A DNA stretch of 64,000 nucleotides from a virus. Positions 26,476 through 36,620 of this stretch are shown here, piece by piece. The notes under the pieces are model-generated. The model was not told the origin of the DNA, searched no databases, and saw only the letters and a program-made list of their open reading frames with translations. Every line of letters begins with the position of its first letter. The first letter of the stretch is position 1. The stretch lies in the IMG/VR virus record IMGVR_UViG_3300025687_000001, positions 32,001-96,000 of that record. One strand, given 5' to 3'. The translations under genes and the position numbers were made by a program.

Positions 26476-27723
26476 TCACTGCAAGCTAGTTAAGTCGATG
26501 TCGGGGCAGACCACCAGCAGCTCAGCGGCAGCAGCGTTTTCAGAGCTTTGCGCGCTTGTGACGTCCGCCTGCGCAGACTCGAGCTCGCTGAGAGCAGAGT
26601 TTTCAGCGGTAATCTTAGTATTAAGATCAGTGTTGCTCGTAGCACATTGGGTCGTAGCGTAACTAAGATGCTCCGCGATCTTGGCTGCCAGGCCCGACGA
26701 GCTCTGGTACGAGTTTAGCGCTGCTTGTGCTTTGTTCGCTGCCGCCGCTGCTGCGCCGTAGTCGTTAGTGGGTAGGATGTCTGTGAAAAGCCGGATCTCG
26801 AAAGAGTCAGCCCCTGCTGCTGGCGTGAAACTGAATGCCGGAGATACCGTAGCGTTAGTAGCGCCTACTGCGATAATAGCCCGGACCTCCTTATGCCCGT
26901 CAGTAGCATCCGTGAGGGCCAGAATTCCGCCAATGTACGCACCCTCCAGGGCGACGCCCAGCTTCACCACCGTAGCAGTGCTACCCGCCTGAGCTGTGCC
27001 TGTGAGCCCATTCACCGCCCTAGTGGCCCTCTCAAATTGGTCCGCTGCAGCGTTCAACGCCGTAATAGCGTTTTGTAGCGCGATGGCTGGATTAAGGGCC
27101 GGAGCAGTATTAGCCACGTCAACCAGCCCGTTGAGCTCAGTGAGACGGGTCTTGTAGCCGCAGTGGATGTCACGCTTGTCACGACTAACGGTCGTATTGC
27201 CCTGCGCAGTATTGTACGCCGTCTGCTTAGTGGCCTGAGTGAACTCAGCGTCCACTCGGGCTTCGTACGCGTCGGAGTAAGCGGTTTTGTAGCCGTCCTT
27301 AACTGCAGCGCCCGCAGAGTTAGTCGGCAGCTGCGTAGTCTCAGCTGCCGTAATGAACTGCGTCCGCGACGTCTGCCAGGTGGTGACCAGGCTGTCCACT
27401 CGGTCAGTGACAACAGGGATGGCCGCGATAGCCGTGTCTAAATCGTCGAACGTTAGTGTGACTTTGGCTACCCGGTACTCGGTGTGCCCTAGGGCCACTG
27501 CGGTAGACCGAATGTCCTGCACCAGGTCCATGTCTGCGATAGTAGCTACGCGCGTAAAAACGTCGTCCGGCGCCGTAGCTCCTAGCGTCACCACAAATAC
27601 ATGCGGAGACATCGGAGGAGTGGATGGAGACGAGCCCGACGTGGCTACGATCTCAATGTGATACTTAGCGATGCCTCCGCTATAGGTAGCGTATCTCCGC
27701 TGCTTAACGCTTAGCTCAGACAT
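26476..27723 (-). CDS. Putative virion protein (Ala/Thr-rich, coiled coil)
   Basis: Last gene of the structural block; N-terminal domain resembles the next two genes. Confidence 0.6.
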   Translation of the reverse strand: MSELSVKQRRYATYSGGIAKYHIEIVATSGSSPSTPPMSPHVFVVTLGATAPDDVFTRVATIADMDLVQDIRSTAVALGHTEYRVAKVTLTFDDLDTAIAAIPVVTDRVDSLVTTWQTSRTQFITAAETTQLPTNSAGAAVKDGYKTAYSDAYEARVDAEFTQATKQTAYNTAQGNTTVSRDKRDIHCGYKTRLTELNGLVDVANTAPALNPAIALQNAITALNAAADQFERATRAVNGLTGTAQAGSTATVVKLGVALEGAYIGGILALTDATDGHKEVRAIIAVGATNATVSPAFSFTPAAGADSFEIRLFTDILPTNDYGAAAAAANKAQAALNSYQSSSGLAAKIAEHLSYATTQCATSNTDLNTKITAENSALSELESAQADVTSAQSSENAAAAELLVVCPDIDLTSLQ

Positions 27724-28468
27724 TCAAGACCTCAGAGGCAGTAGGCGCAGTCGGCGCCTTTACGGTAACCACAATATCTGCTGTATCGGAGACGCTATCG
27801 GTGACTCGCACGGTTACTGTCTCTACCACGTCTACCCCACCGGCAACAAACACCCCAGTACTGGTAACCAGGCTACTGTTAGTAGTGCCGTCCGACACAA
27901 GACTGTACACATACTCCCGAACACCGCCAGAGGCCTCAAAGTGTAGTTGGTCCCCAGGGTATACGGAGTACGCCACGCTGCTGTCTCTGTAAGGCACCGC
28001 GCCAATCACGCCCAAAGTAAGGGGGCCGAAGGTGCCGCTGGTACTGGACGAATCCACGCCTAGCAGTGCCTTGACGCCTCCTCTGGCGGCCTGGTACGCG
28101 TTGTTAGCCGCGTCCCACTTAGTGTAAGTCTGGCTGATGCTGTTAGTTCTGTAGGCGTGGTACCCAAAGGCGTACGTACCGTTGGTAGCTTCGTCTGGGT
28201 CGTATACGTCTGCTTCGGAGGGGTCGATTACCCCGAGCCCGGACAGATCAACGTGGTTGGCCACTCTGCGGTACTGAGGAGAGCTCCACGTCCACGCACG
28301 GTACCCTGTCTGCGGAGCTTCGTCCGGGGCGGGATCTACCGTCTTGGCCCTAACTACAACGAGTATACTGTCCGAAACCTCGGAAGGCCCGGAGGTAGCT
28401 AACGTCAGCGTCCACAGAGAAGACGGGGCATCATACGTCAGCCCGGCCGTGAGGGTTAAGCTAGGCAC
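27716..28468 (-). CDS. Putative virion protein with Ig-like C-terminal domain
   Basis: ASGG..YVYS...TVTVRVTDS is Ig-like. Confidence 0.55.
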   Translation of the reverse strand: MPSLTLTAGLTYDAPSSLWTLTLATSGPSEVSDSILVVVRAKTVDPAPDEAPQTGYRAWTWSSPQYRRVANHVDLSGLGVIDPSEADVYDPDEATNGTYAFGYHAYRTNSISQTYTKWDAANNAYQAARGGVKALLGVDSSSTSGTFGPLTLGVIGAVPYRDSSVAYSVYPGDQLHFEASGGVREYVYSLVSDGTTNSSLVTSTGVFVAGGVDVVETVTVRVTDSVSDTADIVVTVKAPTAPTASEVLNV

Positions 28469-28833
28469 TACGCGGACTCTAGCTCATTAACCGCTACACC
28501 CACAAACGCAGCTACCTCTTCGTACGCGTCCAACACAGCTTGTACGCGCGTAACGAAGTCGCCTTTGGCAGCAGCCCCCGATGCAGCGGTATCATAGACT
28601 ATTGTGGCGGTGGCCTTCCGGTAGTGGCTGTAGTTCGTATCCCGTACAGCCGGGTACGCAACAATCTCGTACGGGGAGGCTACGCCCACGTAAGCGTCTT
28701 TGTCCTCTGTCACTCCTCGGCTAAACATAAGCAATTCGTCGGGGATACCGTCTCCATCGCTGACCGTAGCTACAATTTGGGATTGACCCTCTCCCAGTAT
28801 GGTACAGTTCAGCGTCAGAGTTAATGTAGCCAC
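28468..28833 (-). CDS. Hypothetical (putative virion) protein
   Basis: Stop overlaps the downstream start; shares the VA...YR motif with its neighbours. Confidence 0.6.
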   Translation of the reverse strand: MATLTLTLNCTILGEGQSQIVATVSDGDGIPDELLMFSRGVTEDKDAYVGVASPYEIVAYPAVRDTNYSHYRKATATIVYDTAASGAAAKGDFVTRVQAVLDAYEEVAAFVGVAVNELESA

Positions 28834-28846
28834 GCGTGGTCTCCAA

Positions 28847-29368
28847 ATGCATACTTACCTGGGGATAGACCCCAGCCTAACGTCCACAGGAATAGTACTC
28901 CTATCTTCCAACACCCGGCCAACAGAAATCGCGTTATGCCCTACCACCCGGAAATACAGGCTGAGCTGGTTCTATAGCGAGGTGGAGAAGCTTTTGTGGG
29001 GTCGTCGCGTGACTTATGCCGCCATAGAAGGCCCTTCGTACGGGAGCGTCGGCAGGGGCTCTGACCTGGATCAGCTGCGGGGGGCGCTGCGCCTTCTTCT
29101 AGAGCTGCGCAACATCCCCTATGTTATCCCTGCCCCCAAGGAAGTTAAGAAATTCGGAGCAGGCCTGGGTGGCGCTACCAAGCCCCAAATGGTGCGGGCG
29201 GCCAACGCTGACGGCTGCGCCTCCGACTTAGACGACATCTGCGATGCCTGGCACCTGGCCCGACTTGCTGAAGGCGTATACTTAGGTCGAAGCCCAAAGC
29301 CTACCCGCGCCTCTGCGCAAGTAGTTCACAACCTAATCACTAGGGTGGCAGAGCATGCCTCTCTCTAA
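28847..29368 (+). CDS. ruvC: RuvC-like Holliday junction resolvase
   Basis: YLGIDPSLTSTG, AAIEG, EVKKFGAG.G.ATK and DDICDA. Confidence 0.85.
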   Translation: MHTYLGIDPSLTSTGIVLLSSNTRPTEIALCPTTRKYRLSWFYSEVEKLLWGRRVTYAAIEGPSYGSVGRGSDLDQLRGALRLLLELRNIPYVIPAPKEVKKFGAGLGGATKPQMVRAANADGCASDLDDICDAWHLARLAEGVYLGRSPKPTRASAQVVHNLITRVAEHASL

Positions 29369-29807
29369 CGCCACCCTTCTTCAAGAGCTAGTTGACTTAG
29401 GGGAACACGCTACTCAACCCGGAGCGGCCCGAGCTTGGGGCGCTGCTTACGCTGCTTACGCCCAGCAATCTACCGCGCTCTCTCCTACACCGGGAATAGC
29501 CTTAGCTACTGCGACAAGTGTGATTGTCCCGGCCTTAGCTGGGCTCCCCTCCGCCGGTAGCAGTTTCTACTCAACACTAGCTGCCGCATTGATGGCTTTC
29601 TGGACGACAGCAATCCCTTCAGGTACTCCGGGTGCGGGGGCAGTGCTTGTGCCCCCCGGGCTAGCTGAGCTTCTCGAGCCGCCGTCGCGGTCTGCATTAG
29701 CAGCTCGAGACCGCGTCTCTGCCCTGACTCCTATTGCTAATACGCTGCACACCTGGGCACTGACGATATCCTACACCGTAGGGCAGAGCAGCGTGCCTCT
29801 TACCTAG
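29355..29807 (+). CDS. Hypothetical Ala-rich protein
   Basis: 150-aa ORF overlapping the ruvC stop. Confidence 0.55.
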   Translation: MPLSNATLLQELVDLGEHATQPGAARAWGAAYAAYAQQSTALSPTPGIALATATSVIVPALAGLPSAGSSFYSTLAAALMAFWTTAIPSGTPGAGAVLVPPGLAELLEPPSRSALAARDRVSALTPIANTLHTWALTISYTVGQSSVPLT

Positions 29808-30270
29808 CCCCAAGTTCGTACCCTGCGTAGCCGCCCGCAAGAAACAATACTGCCCCCGCCGCAATGACCCAGTAAAGCGCACCTCCACGCACAGACCACT
29901 CGTACTCCTCTGCGACTTCGGCTTCTAGCGCGCGGAGCATTTTAGCGTCCTCCTCGCCCACTTCCATGTACTCAGCAATCGCGTTCTCATAGGACGCCAC
30001 CGCTAACGTGTATAGCCTAGCCTGTCTCTCTAGCAGAGTAATCTTAAGCTCGTAGCTGCCTAGGAGATCTTCGTTCTCCCGGCAACCCACTTCGTAAAGC
30101 TTGAGTAGCTTGGCCTGCTCGAAGTCGTAGCAAGCTAGATCCCCGACTACGGACCACCGAGGTAATTCCGCGCTAAGGCTGTAAGTCGGAAAAGCTAGTT
30201 GCAGCACGCACGTTAGCGCGAGCAGTCTCGGCCCTAGTCCTGATGTCCCCGATGGTTTGATCGATAACAT
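29800..30270 (-). CDS. Putative membrane/periplasmic coiled-coil protein (start uncertain)
   Basis: Hydrophobic signal-like segment, coiled coil and C-terminal TM helix; overlaps the upstream TM protein. Confidence 0.5.
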   Translation of the reverse strand: MLSIKPSGTSGLGPRLLALTCVLQLAFPTYSLSAELPRWSVVGDLACYDFEQAKLLKLYEVGCRENEDLLGSYELKITLLERQARLYTLAVASYENAIAEYMEVGEEDAKMLRALEAEVAEEYEWSVRGGALYWVIAAGAVLFLAGGYAGYELGAR

Positions 30271-30511
30271 CGATGTCCTCCTGAAGCGCTTCGGCCTTGA
30301 GACGAGCATCGCGAGCAGCGTTAGCCGATGTGGCCGCCTCCTCCAACTTTTTCGCTCGCTCAAGCATGTAGAGCTTCATGCGTCTATGAACCGAGTGCGC
30401 CCCACTTTTTAGCTTCAAGAGCCCTATAGCGGCAATCACTGCCAACGCTACCAAATATACCCACCAGGGAGCCTCGGCTTTTTCTAGCGCCCGCAGCAGT
30501 TCCTTTTCCAT
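30173..30511 (-). CDS. N-terminal TM + coiled-coil protein (possible i-spanin-like)
   Basis: WWVYLVALAVIAAIGLL followed by a heptad-rich region. Confidence 0.5.
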   Translation of the reverse strand: MEKELLRALEKAEAPWWVYLVALAVIAAIGLLKLKSGAHSVHRRMKLYMLERAKKLEEAATSANAARDARLKAEALQEDIDVIDQTIGDIRTRAETARANVRAATSFSDLQP

Positions 30512-32175
30512 TACGGGTTCTCGTTGGTAACAACGTACGCCACCAGACGCCCCGCGGTGGTGTTGCCTAGTTCTGCGGCTCCACCGACCGCCGTGAACTG
30601 GAGCTGGAGCCGCTTGTTCGCCTGCACGTCTACTGCGTAATCAAAGAAGTCCTGATCCCCCACTACCTCAAATCGACCAGTGGGCATCTCCAGCAAATCT
30701 ACCTCAGCGAACGGAGTATACACAGCGTCCGCCGTATCAATCTTAAAGTTCAGCGCCGTCTGGCTACCGTCGGAAGTGGTGAACACCTCGGTGATGTCCA
30801 CGTAGATGCGGGTAAGCTTCGCGTCCTTCGTGGCGTAGTTGGAGCCGAAACGCTGAAACGCATCTACTGCAAGCCCGGCAACGGCCCCCGCAGCCGCCAC
30901 CGTAGTATCGGTAACTTCTGTCACGTGCGTGAGGTCATGCCGAGCAATGGCAGTAGCCAGATAGTCTAGCTGCGCGCTGAGAGTGCCCGCAGCCGTGTAG
31001 ACGTTGTACGTGTCCGCTGCAGCAGAGGACCCAGTCCTGGCCTTGCTGCCGATGCTTGCTGCGCCCTCATGCGCGTCTTCATCAGAAGCTAGGTCGAGGA
31101 AGTTAGCGGGAACTTTGAAGCTAGCCCTACGGATCGCGGAGTTTTCCACGTACCCGCCGTTAGGCGTGAAGACAAACCCCGACCCGTCGAAAGTACAGAT
31201 CGGTACGAGATGGTGGTTGGGGTAGTCGTACTGAGTGGTAGTAGCTCCGGTAAAGCTGTCCCCGCTGGTGACTAGCTCCTTGCCTCCAACGCCGTCAAAT
31301 TTGTACAGGGACCAGGCAATCCCAGGGTCGTCGTTGTCCCACAGAATCCGAAAGGGCGTGGTTTCCGGGACCACCACGGTAGTCTCGGTCACCCAAAGAA
31401 CCGTTAGGTAGTCTATGTTACCACTGCCATCAACACCCCCGCGGCCTCCATTGTCGTACCAGTACGTGGCCCCTTGGTTGTTGCAGTTCGTAATGGTGAC
31501 CCACATGTCTACCTGCGGGATGCCCCCCGCACTAACCAGGCCGGCTTCCTCCGTGCCATCCGGCCCATACTTGGTAATCAGATTAGCCCCGGGACTTGTG
31601 AGCACTACGCGCGTAGGGAGCGCTACGAGCTCCGCTTCGGTAATGTTGCCCGCAGCAAGACCGGGGTAGTCCAGGTCTGTGCCCCAGGATTTGTCCTTCC
31701 AGCTCCCGGAACCTGTGCGCTCGAACTTGAGCGCCAGGGAATCTCCTCGCCGCATCATCGTCAGGTCGTTGTCACTGGCCTGCGCGTAGAATGCTGTGAG
31801 ATCCCCTTTTACAATAACCGCCTTTCCGCCATCTACACCGGCGTAATTCGGCGCGTGCACGATCAGCTTCTGGTCGTCGGCTGGAGTTATTTTGTACCCT
31901 GTAGACGCCGGGATGCCGGTAGTAGCTAGCGGGGTGTGGTCAACCTGCTCAATCCCAATGAACCCCCCGTCCGAAGAGATAAACGCCCCAGATGCAGCAA
32001 TGGCGTGCTCCTCGAGCGTGTGAGACTCTGTCTTGAGCTTCTCAGTACGCTTACGCAGGTTCTCCGTGGGCCGGTTGGTAACCGTGTCTACGACGGGCTC
32101 AGTGTTGGACACCGGCTGGATGGAAGCTGAGGTGTTCTCGCCGGTGTCGCCACCCTGGGTAAAATCAATCGGCAT
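30511..32175 (-). CDS. Putative tail/baseplate structural protein
   Basis: Located in the tail module; TNRPTENLRKRTEKL resembles tail-fibre N-terminal anchors. Confidence 0.6.
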   Translation of the reverse strand: MPIDFTQGGDTGENTSASIQPVSNTEPVVDTVTNRPTENLRKRTEKLKTESHTLEEHAIAASGAFISSDGGFIGIEQVDHTPLATTGIPASTGYKITPADDQKLIVHAPNYAGVDGGKAVIVKGDLTAFYAQASDNDLTMMRRGDSLALKFERTGSGSWKDKSWGTDLDYPGLAAGNITEAELVALPTRVVLTSPGANLITKYGPDGTEEAGLVSAGGIPQVDMWVTITNCNNQGATYWYDNGGRGGVDGSGNIDYLTVLWVTETTVVVPETTPFRILWDNDDPGIAWSLYKFDGVGGKELVTSGDSFTGATTTQYDYPNHHLVPICTFDGSGFVFTPNGGYVENSAIRRASFKVPANFLDLASDEDAHEGAASIGSKARTGSSAAADTYNVYTAAGTLSAQLDYLATAIARHDLTHVTEVTDTTVAAAGAVAGLAVDAFQRFGSNYATKDAKLTRIYVDITEVFTTSDGSQTALNFKIDTADAVYTPFAEVDLLEMPTGRFEVVGDQDFFDYAVDVQANKRLQLQFTAVGGAAELGNTTAGRLVAYVVTNENP

Positions 32176-32183
32176 CGTTAGGC

Positions 32184-32813
32184 CTACGCAAAGCTAAGAG
32201 TCCAAGCGTACTCGAACTGAACTGTATCGTCTTTAGGGCTGGGGGTAGTCACCCTGCGCGCAAAGACCCGAGAATTTGTGGAAGCGCTAGGATCCGTGAC
32301 AGGCTTGCTGGTGTTGCCTCGAGTGAGCAGGGCCACCTCTCGCAGAGTGTTGCCGTTAGCTTGCTCAGCCCCCAGCGTACCTACAAAGCGCACGGAGTTG
32401 TTCGTAGGAAAATCTATGTTGGAGATGCGTACGAAGCTCTCAGCTCCCGCAACGGGAGAAACCAAAGCCGTATCAGTTCTGGCCGCTGCAGTGGCGTCAG
32501 TCCCTACCCTCATGTACCGGATAGCGTTGTGTATGGGGCTAGGTACCAAGGTTTCCGCTAACGCAAACCCCCGCGACGCGTCCGCAGGGTGCTCTGCTGC
32601 TGTAGCAAGACTGTAGTCCACCGTCTCGGGGGACACCGCCGAGCTATCAAAGTTCGACTGGACCAGAAGGTCAATCAGGATTACCGGCGACATGTAAGAG
32701 ATGGCGTTAGGGCCCTCGTGTACCCGTAAAACTGCTCCTGTAGCTGCGTCCAGCACGCGCAGAGTTACTTGCCCTCGTATAGCTAGCAGCGAATCTCGCA
32801 CACTAAACCTCAC
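32184..32813 (-). CDS. Tail-collar/fibre attachment-like protein
   Basis: VGTD..A..TDTAL, EQANGNTLREVAL and FARRV..K......YAWTLSF. Confidence 0.65.
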   Translation of the reverse strand: MRFSVRDSLLAIRGQVTLRVLDAATGAVLRVHEGPNAISYMSPVILIDLLVQSNFDSSAVSPETVDYSLATAAEHPADASRGFALAETLVPSPIHNAIRYMRVGTDATAAARTDTALVSPVAGAESFVRISNIDFPTNNSVRFVGTLGAEQANGNTLREVALLTRGNTSKPVTDPSASTNSRVFARRVTTPSPKDDTVQFEYAWTLSFA

Positions 32814-34318
32814 CCATAGAAACTAGGCGCCTTTTCCTTGGTAGCCAAATTAGTGGACTGGTAGTGCAGATCCACATAGAACAAAAACGGATTCTGATTA
32901 AGAGTATCCGCTGCGTCACCGCTGTCTCGGTAGCACCGAACCAAAAAAAGCCCGTCAGGCTCTAGGTCGTCCGTGTCCAGCAGCCCCCCCGCCCCCGACG
33001 CCGCTGTCAGCTGGGTTTCCGCCACCATGTGGTAGTATTGCGTGCCGCTAGCCGTCTGCACCACGCTTACTGTAACAGGCGCTACGTACGCTGCCTGTTG
33101 GTGCCCCTTTGCGTAAGTACACTCAAAATACCACTTAACGTCTCCCGGACTTCCTCCGGCACCTCCGGTGTCTACTACATTCTGCGCCCAGTGTGTGTGG
33201 ATGTGTACGTCCGTACCCGGGACATAATCGTGGGGCATGTGGTACTCGTGAAAAGTCTCTGTTAAGCCCGGAGTGAACTCAAACTGGCGAATACTCCCCA
33301 GAAATATGCTCAGCGTAGGCGAGTTAGGCCCGGTGGGCCGAACATTTCCGCCGCTAGTAATGTCCCGCCACCCAAAGACAGGAGCGGCTTCGATTAGTTT
33401 GATGCCGGTGCCTTGCGTACCTGCTGCCACCCAATCTTTACCGTCCACCACAACACGGTCCGGTGCTCCGTCGATCCAAACAGAGCCTCCTTCTACGGTG
33501 GCCATGGTAGTGGCTGCTTTGTGAATAACAGTGCCCAGCCTGCGCGTGTTAGTACCCGCAGATGCGGATAGCACAGATGTGTTGCTTACAAACACCGGGG
33601 ACCCTACCGAGAGGAACCCGGATGTGTCCATAGGCAGGGGGCCCTCTAGTATGAGGGTCCCGTGTGCGCCGACGGCAATGTTCTCGGAGCACACGCCTAT
33701 GTGCGTCGACACTACGTTAGCGTTTGTAGCGGCCACCTTCTCGGCGGTTAAAACAATATCCGAGAGGTGCTCCTCCATGTCGTCGCCGTCTTGTCCCGCG
33801 GAGGCGTGCCGCGCGAAGAAAGAAAGGCTAGCTGTCTCCCCCAGAAACAGATCCTGTGTGCCCCCATTAATTACTCGAACGCACTTACGTCCGCCCCGCA
33901 TAAGCAAATTTGCATGGAGTTGCTCCTCGACCGCCCGGGCCCACCCGGTGTCTGCGTCATATTCAAACTGTTCTCGCGGAGCAGGTAACGCCTCTGCGCC
34001 GTACGCGCTAGAAACTTCGTACAGAGCCGTCAGCACCTCCTGCGCAGACGTACCTGTGTTAGTGGCCACCAACCGCACTAAGTACCGGCCTGCTACTTCT
34101 GGGGTGAATGTCTTGTTCTCTAGCGTAGTTGGATTGGCGATAGTCAGCGCCGACGGGTGGTGGGCGGGGCCGTAGATAGCAAACCCCTCCCCGTCCCCCG
34201 TCGCAGTGTAATTCGACCAGGCTCCTTCGGACAGTGTGACGGTAACCAACTGGTTAGCGTCCCGCCCGGCCTTAACTTGTGCTGCGCCGCTACCGTCATT
34301 AACCAGGAGAGTCGCCAT
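32810..34318 (-). CDS. Putative virion structural protein
   Basis: TFTP..AGRYLVRL is Ig/PKD-like; lies in the tail module. Confidence 0.6.
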   Translation of the reverse strand: MATLLVNDGSGAAQVKAGRDANQLVTVTLSEGAWSNYTATGDGEGFAIYGPAHHPSALTIANPTTLENKTFTPEVAGRYLVRLVATNTGTSAQEVLTALYEVSSAYGAEALPAPREQFEYDADTGWARAVEEQLHANLLMRGGRKCVRVINGGTQDLFLGETASLSFFARHASAGQDGDDMEEHLSDIVLTAEKVAATNANVVSTHIGVCSENIAVGAHGTLILEGPLPMDTSGFLSVGSPVFVSNTSVLSASAGTNTRRLGTVIHKAATTMATVEGGSVWIDGAPDRVVVDGKDWVAAGTQGTGIKLIEAAPVFGWRDITSGGNVRPTGPNSPTLSIFLGSIRQFEFTPGLTETFHEYHMPHDYVPGTDVHIHTHWAQNVVDTGGAGGSPGDVKWYFECTYAKGHQQAAYVAPVTVSVVQTASGTQYYHMVAETQLTAASGAGGLLDTDDLEPDGLFLVRCYRDSGDAADTLNQNPFLFYVDLHYQSTNLATKEKAPSFYG

Positions 34319-34328
34319 CAGCTAATCC

Positions 34329-36620
34329 TTATCCACCGAATTCACCCCCGCCGAAGGGAGCACCACCAACCCCGCCGCCTCCGCCGACAGGGACAACCTC
34401 CACCTCAAGAAGGTCATCTACGACCTCCCCAACGAGGTCCCACAGCGAAGCCTCGTGAGCAACGAAAGGATATGTGTGCGCGGGACGCGCCTCAATCAAA
34501 GTTCCTACTATAGTCGCCAGATCCTGCGGATACGGGGAAGTGCTGTTGTTGATCAGCACCTCAAACGAGTTCCACTTCAGGAACTTGTCCAGCAGCAGAT
34601 ACGCCACCGCGTGGTGTGTCTGTTCCCCGAACCGCAGAGAGCAAGTCGACGTGACCTTACCGACAATATCATAGTCTACGTCATCTAACTCTTCATAGCG
34701 GCCGTCCACCAGAAAGCTGGCTTCCCCCGTAAACGCGTTAGGTGACAGGAGCCAAATGCTGTGTCGGCTGATGACTGCGTCATCAGTACCCAGGTTCCAA
34801 AACGTGGTCCCGATCAGAAGGTTGTCAGTTTGCGGGTCTATGATCGACAGGAAGTCAACGTTGTTGTCATAGAGCACTGCGCAGGGGGTCCCCGGATCCG
34901 CAACCAAACTCTCCGCGGTCACACCATCGGAGTTGGCTCCGTAGTACATCCCAAGATCGCCGTAATACGCCTGGTACCCGTAGTACCCGTACCGTACGGG
35001 GAATAGCGAAGTCTGAACCCGCCGCCTCTCTGCGCCCAAACCCTCCACCAAGGTGGGCGGAATAGTAGTGTTGTGCCACCACGTAGGGGACTCTAGGTAG
35101 TCCGTGACCTGGTGCGCGTCCGCTATGGTCTGGAAAGCACTGAGTGGCGTGTCCACCGCTGCATTGAGCGTAAACTGCCCGGCAGTACCTTCCGCCAGGA
35201 CAACCGTGGCCGCGCCCTCGGTGTGCTCAATCCGCCACGAAAGACCGCTAGACGCAGCTCCCGGGTCGTCCGCCAGCTTGATCTGCAGCGCACTGTCGTA
35301 CAAGAACTCAATCTCGTACTCATCTAGCCCTACGACCACCTTAGCGGTGTTGTTGCACCCTAGCTCCGCAAAGCTAGCGGGAGTGCCTGTGTCCGTAAGC
35401 CACACTGTGTCTGTAAAGATGGTGTACGCCGTCCCGTCTCTCGGGACCTCGTAGTACTCACGAGCACCAAAGATGATTTCCGCAGTTAGCTCGGTGCCAG
35501 CAGGCAAAGTGTACGTTTCCGTGGTGCCCGGGATGACCGTGAGTACACCTTCGAGCAGTTCGTAGTTGTTTGTGACGACCACGACGCCTCTGCTGGTCGT
35601 ATCTACCGAGGTAACCAGCTCTCCGGTAGCACGAACCAGCGGGAACCCGCTCATAGCCCCCAGAGCTGCCTCGATGTACGGCAGCACCGGCCCACGCACG
35701 TAGAGGTTCCACAAGCCGCGTAGTAGCGCTCGGTACGAGTCTGTAGACACCGTTTTCTCTAAGGAGAACGGGTGCCCGTACATCTCGTAGAGGCTGTAGT
35801 AGTCTTTTTCCGGTTTCGGCGCCCACCCAGATAAGGCTCGTACGCGCGTAGATACGGTCTCTACATCAACAGCCAGCGGATCGGAGACGACGTCGTCGTA
35901 CTGCGGCGACACCACTCCGGCAGTCAGCTGTCCCGACGCGGTAGACCCCAGCTCTGTTCTAAGGGACACTTGAGCATACGAAGCAGCGACCGCTGACACC
36001 TTGCCGTAAGAGGTCGTACCGTCGTCGTGGCTAACCTTGAGCCAATCATCCACACTGACTACAGCAGTCCAGTCTTCTACGTGTGCAGAAGTCACCCGCA
36101 GAGCTAAGTCATAAACCTGTGTACTAAGCCCAAAGCCCGGTACTGGGTTCCCTGCCGTGGTCCAGGAAAACGGGTCCTTATAGAAGAGTAGAAACCAGCC
36201 ATCTGTGGGAACGGTTGGTTCGTAAAATCGAAGCTCTACTAGGCGGGCAGTGTCGTTGGCAATGAGCTCGAAGTCGACGTCGCGCTCCAAGATTGCCTTA
36301 GGGTCTAAGGCTACGTTCTGTATGTACGCTAAGTCCCTAATATCGTTAGGAAGTTCCCACAGCCAGTACGTAGTGTCCTCGTCCGTTGTTGGCACTACTC
36401 GGAACTGGTCCTCAAAGAGGATCATCAGCTGCCAAGGAGCCACTTCCGTCAGCGGGCAATCTTGTAGGGAGAGCCGCATTACCGATAGCAGCATCCGCTC
36501 GTAAGACGCCCCTGCCGCCTCGAGCACAGCCTCGTGGCCTCGCTCGATAAGCTTTACGTCCGCGAAATGCCGCAGCCAGAAGTCAGAGACCCCCCGCAGC
36601 AGCGTAGTGCCGACAGACAT
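34329..36620 (-). CDS. Baseplate wedge protein
   Basis: Follows the baseplate J-like gene; YRALLRGL and ARPAHT motifs. Confidence 0.6.
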   Translation of the reverse strand: MSVGTTLLRGVSDFWLRHFADVKLIERGHEAVLEAAGASYERMLLSVMRLSLQDCPLTEVAPWQLMILFEDQFRVVPTTDEDTTYWLWELPNDIRDLAYIQNVALDPKAILERDVDFELIANDTARLVELRFYEPTVPTDGWFLLFYKDPFSWTTAGNPVPGFGLSTQVYDLALRVTSAHVEDWTAVVSVDDWLKVSHDDGTTSYGKVSAVAASYAQVSLRTELGSTASGQLTAGVVSPQYDDVVSDPLAVDVETVSTRVRALSGWAPKPEKDYYSLYEMYGHPFSLEKTVSTDSYRALLRGLWNLYVRGPVLPYIEAALGAMSGFPLVRATGELVTSVDTTSRGVVVVTNNYELLEGVLTVIPGTTETYTLPAGTELTAEIIFGAREYYEVPRDGTAYTIFTDTVWLTDTGTPASFAELGCNNTAKVVVGLDEYEIEFLYDSALQIKLADDPGAASSGLSWRIEHTEGAATVVLAEGTAGQFTLNAAVDTPLSAFQTIADAHQVTDYLESPTWWHNTTIPPTLVEGLGAERRRVQTSLFPVRYGYYGYQAYYGDLGMYYGANSDGVTAESLVADPGTPCAVLYDNNVDFLSIIDPQTDNLLIGTTFWNLGTDDAVISRHSIWLLSPNAFTGEASFLVDGRYEELDDVDYDIVGKVTSTCSLRFGEQTHHAVAYLLLDKFLKWNSFEVLINNSTSPYPQDLATIVGTLIEARPAHTYPFVAHEASLWDLVGEVVDDLLEVEVVPVGGGGGVGGAPFGGGEFGG

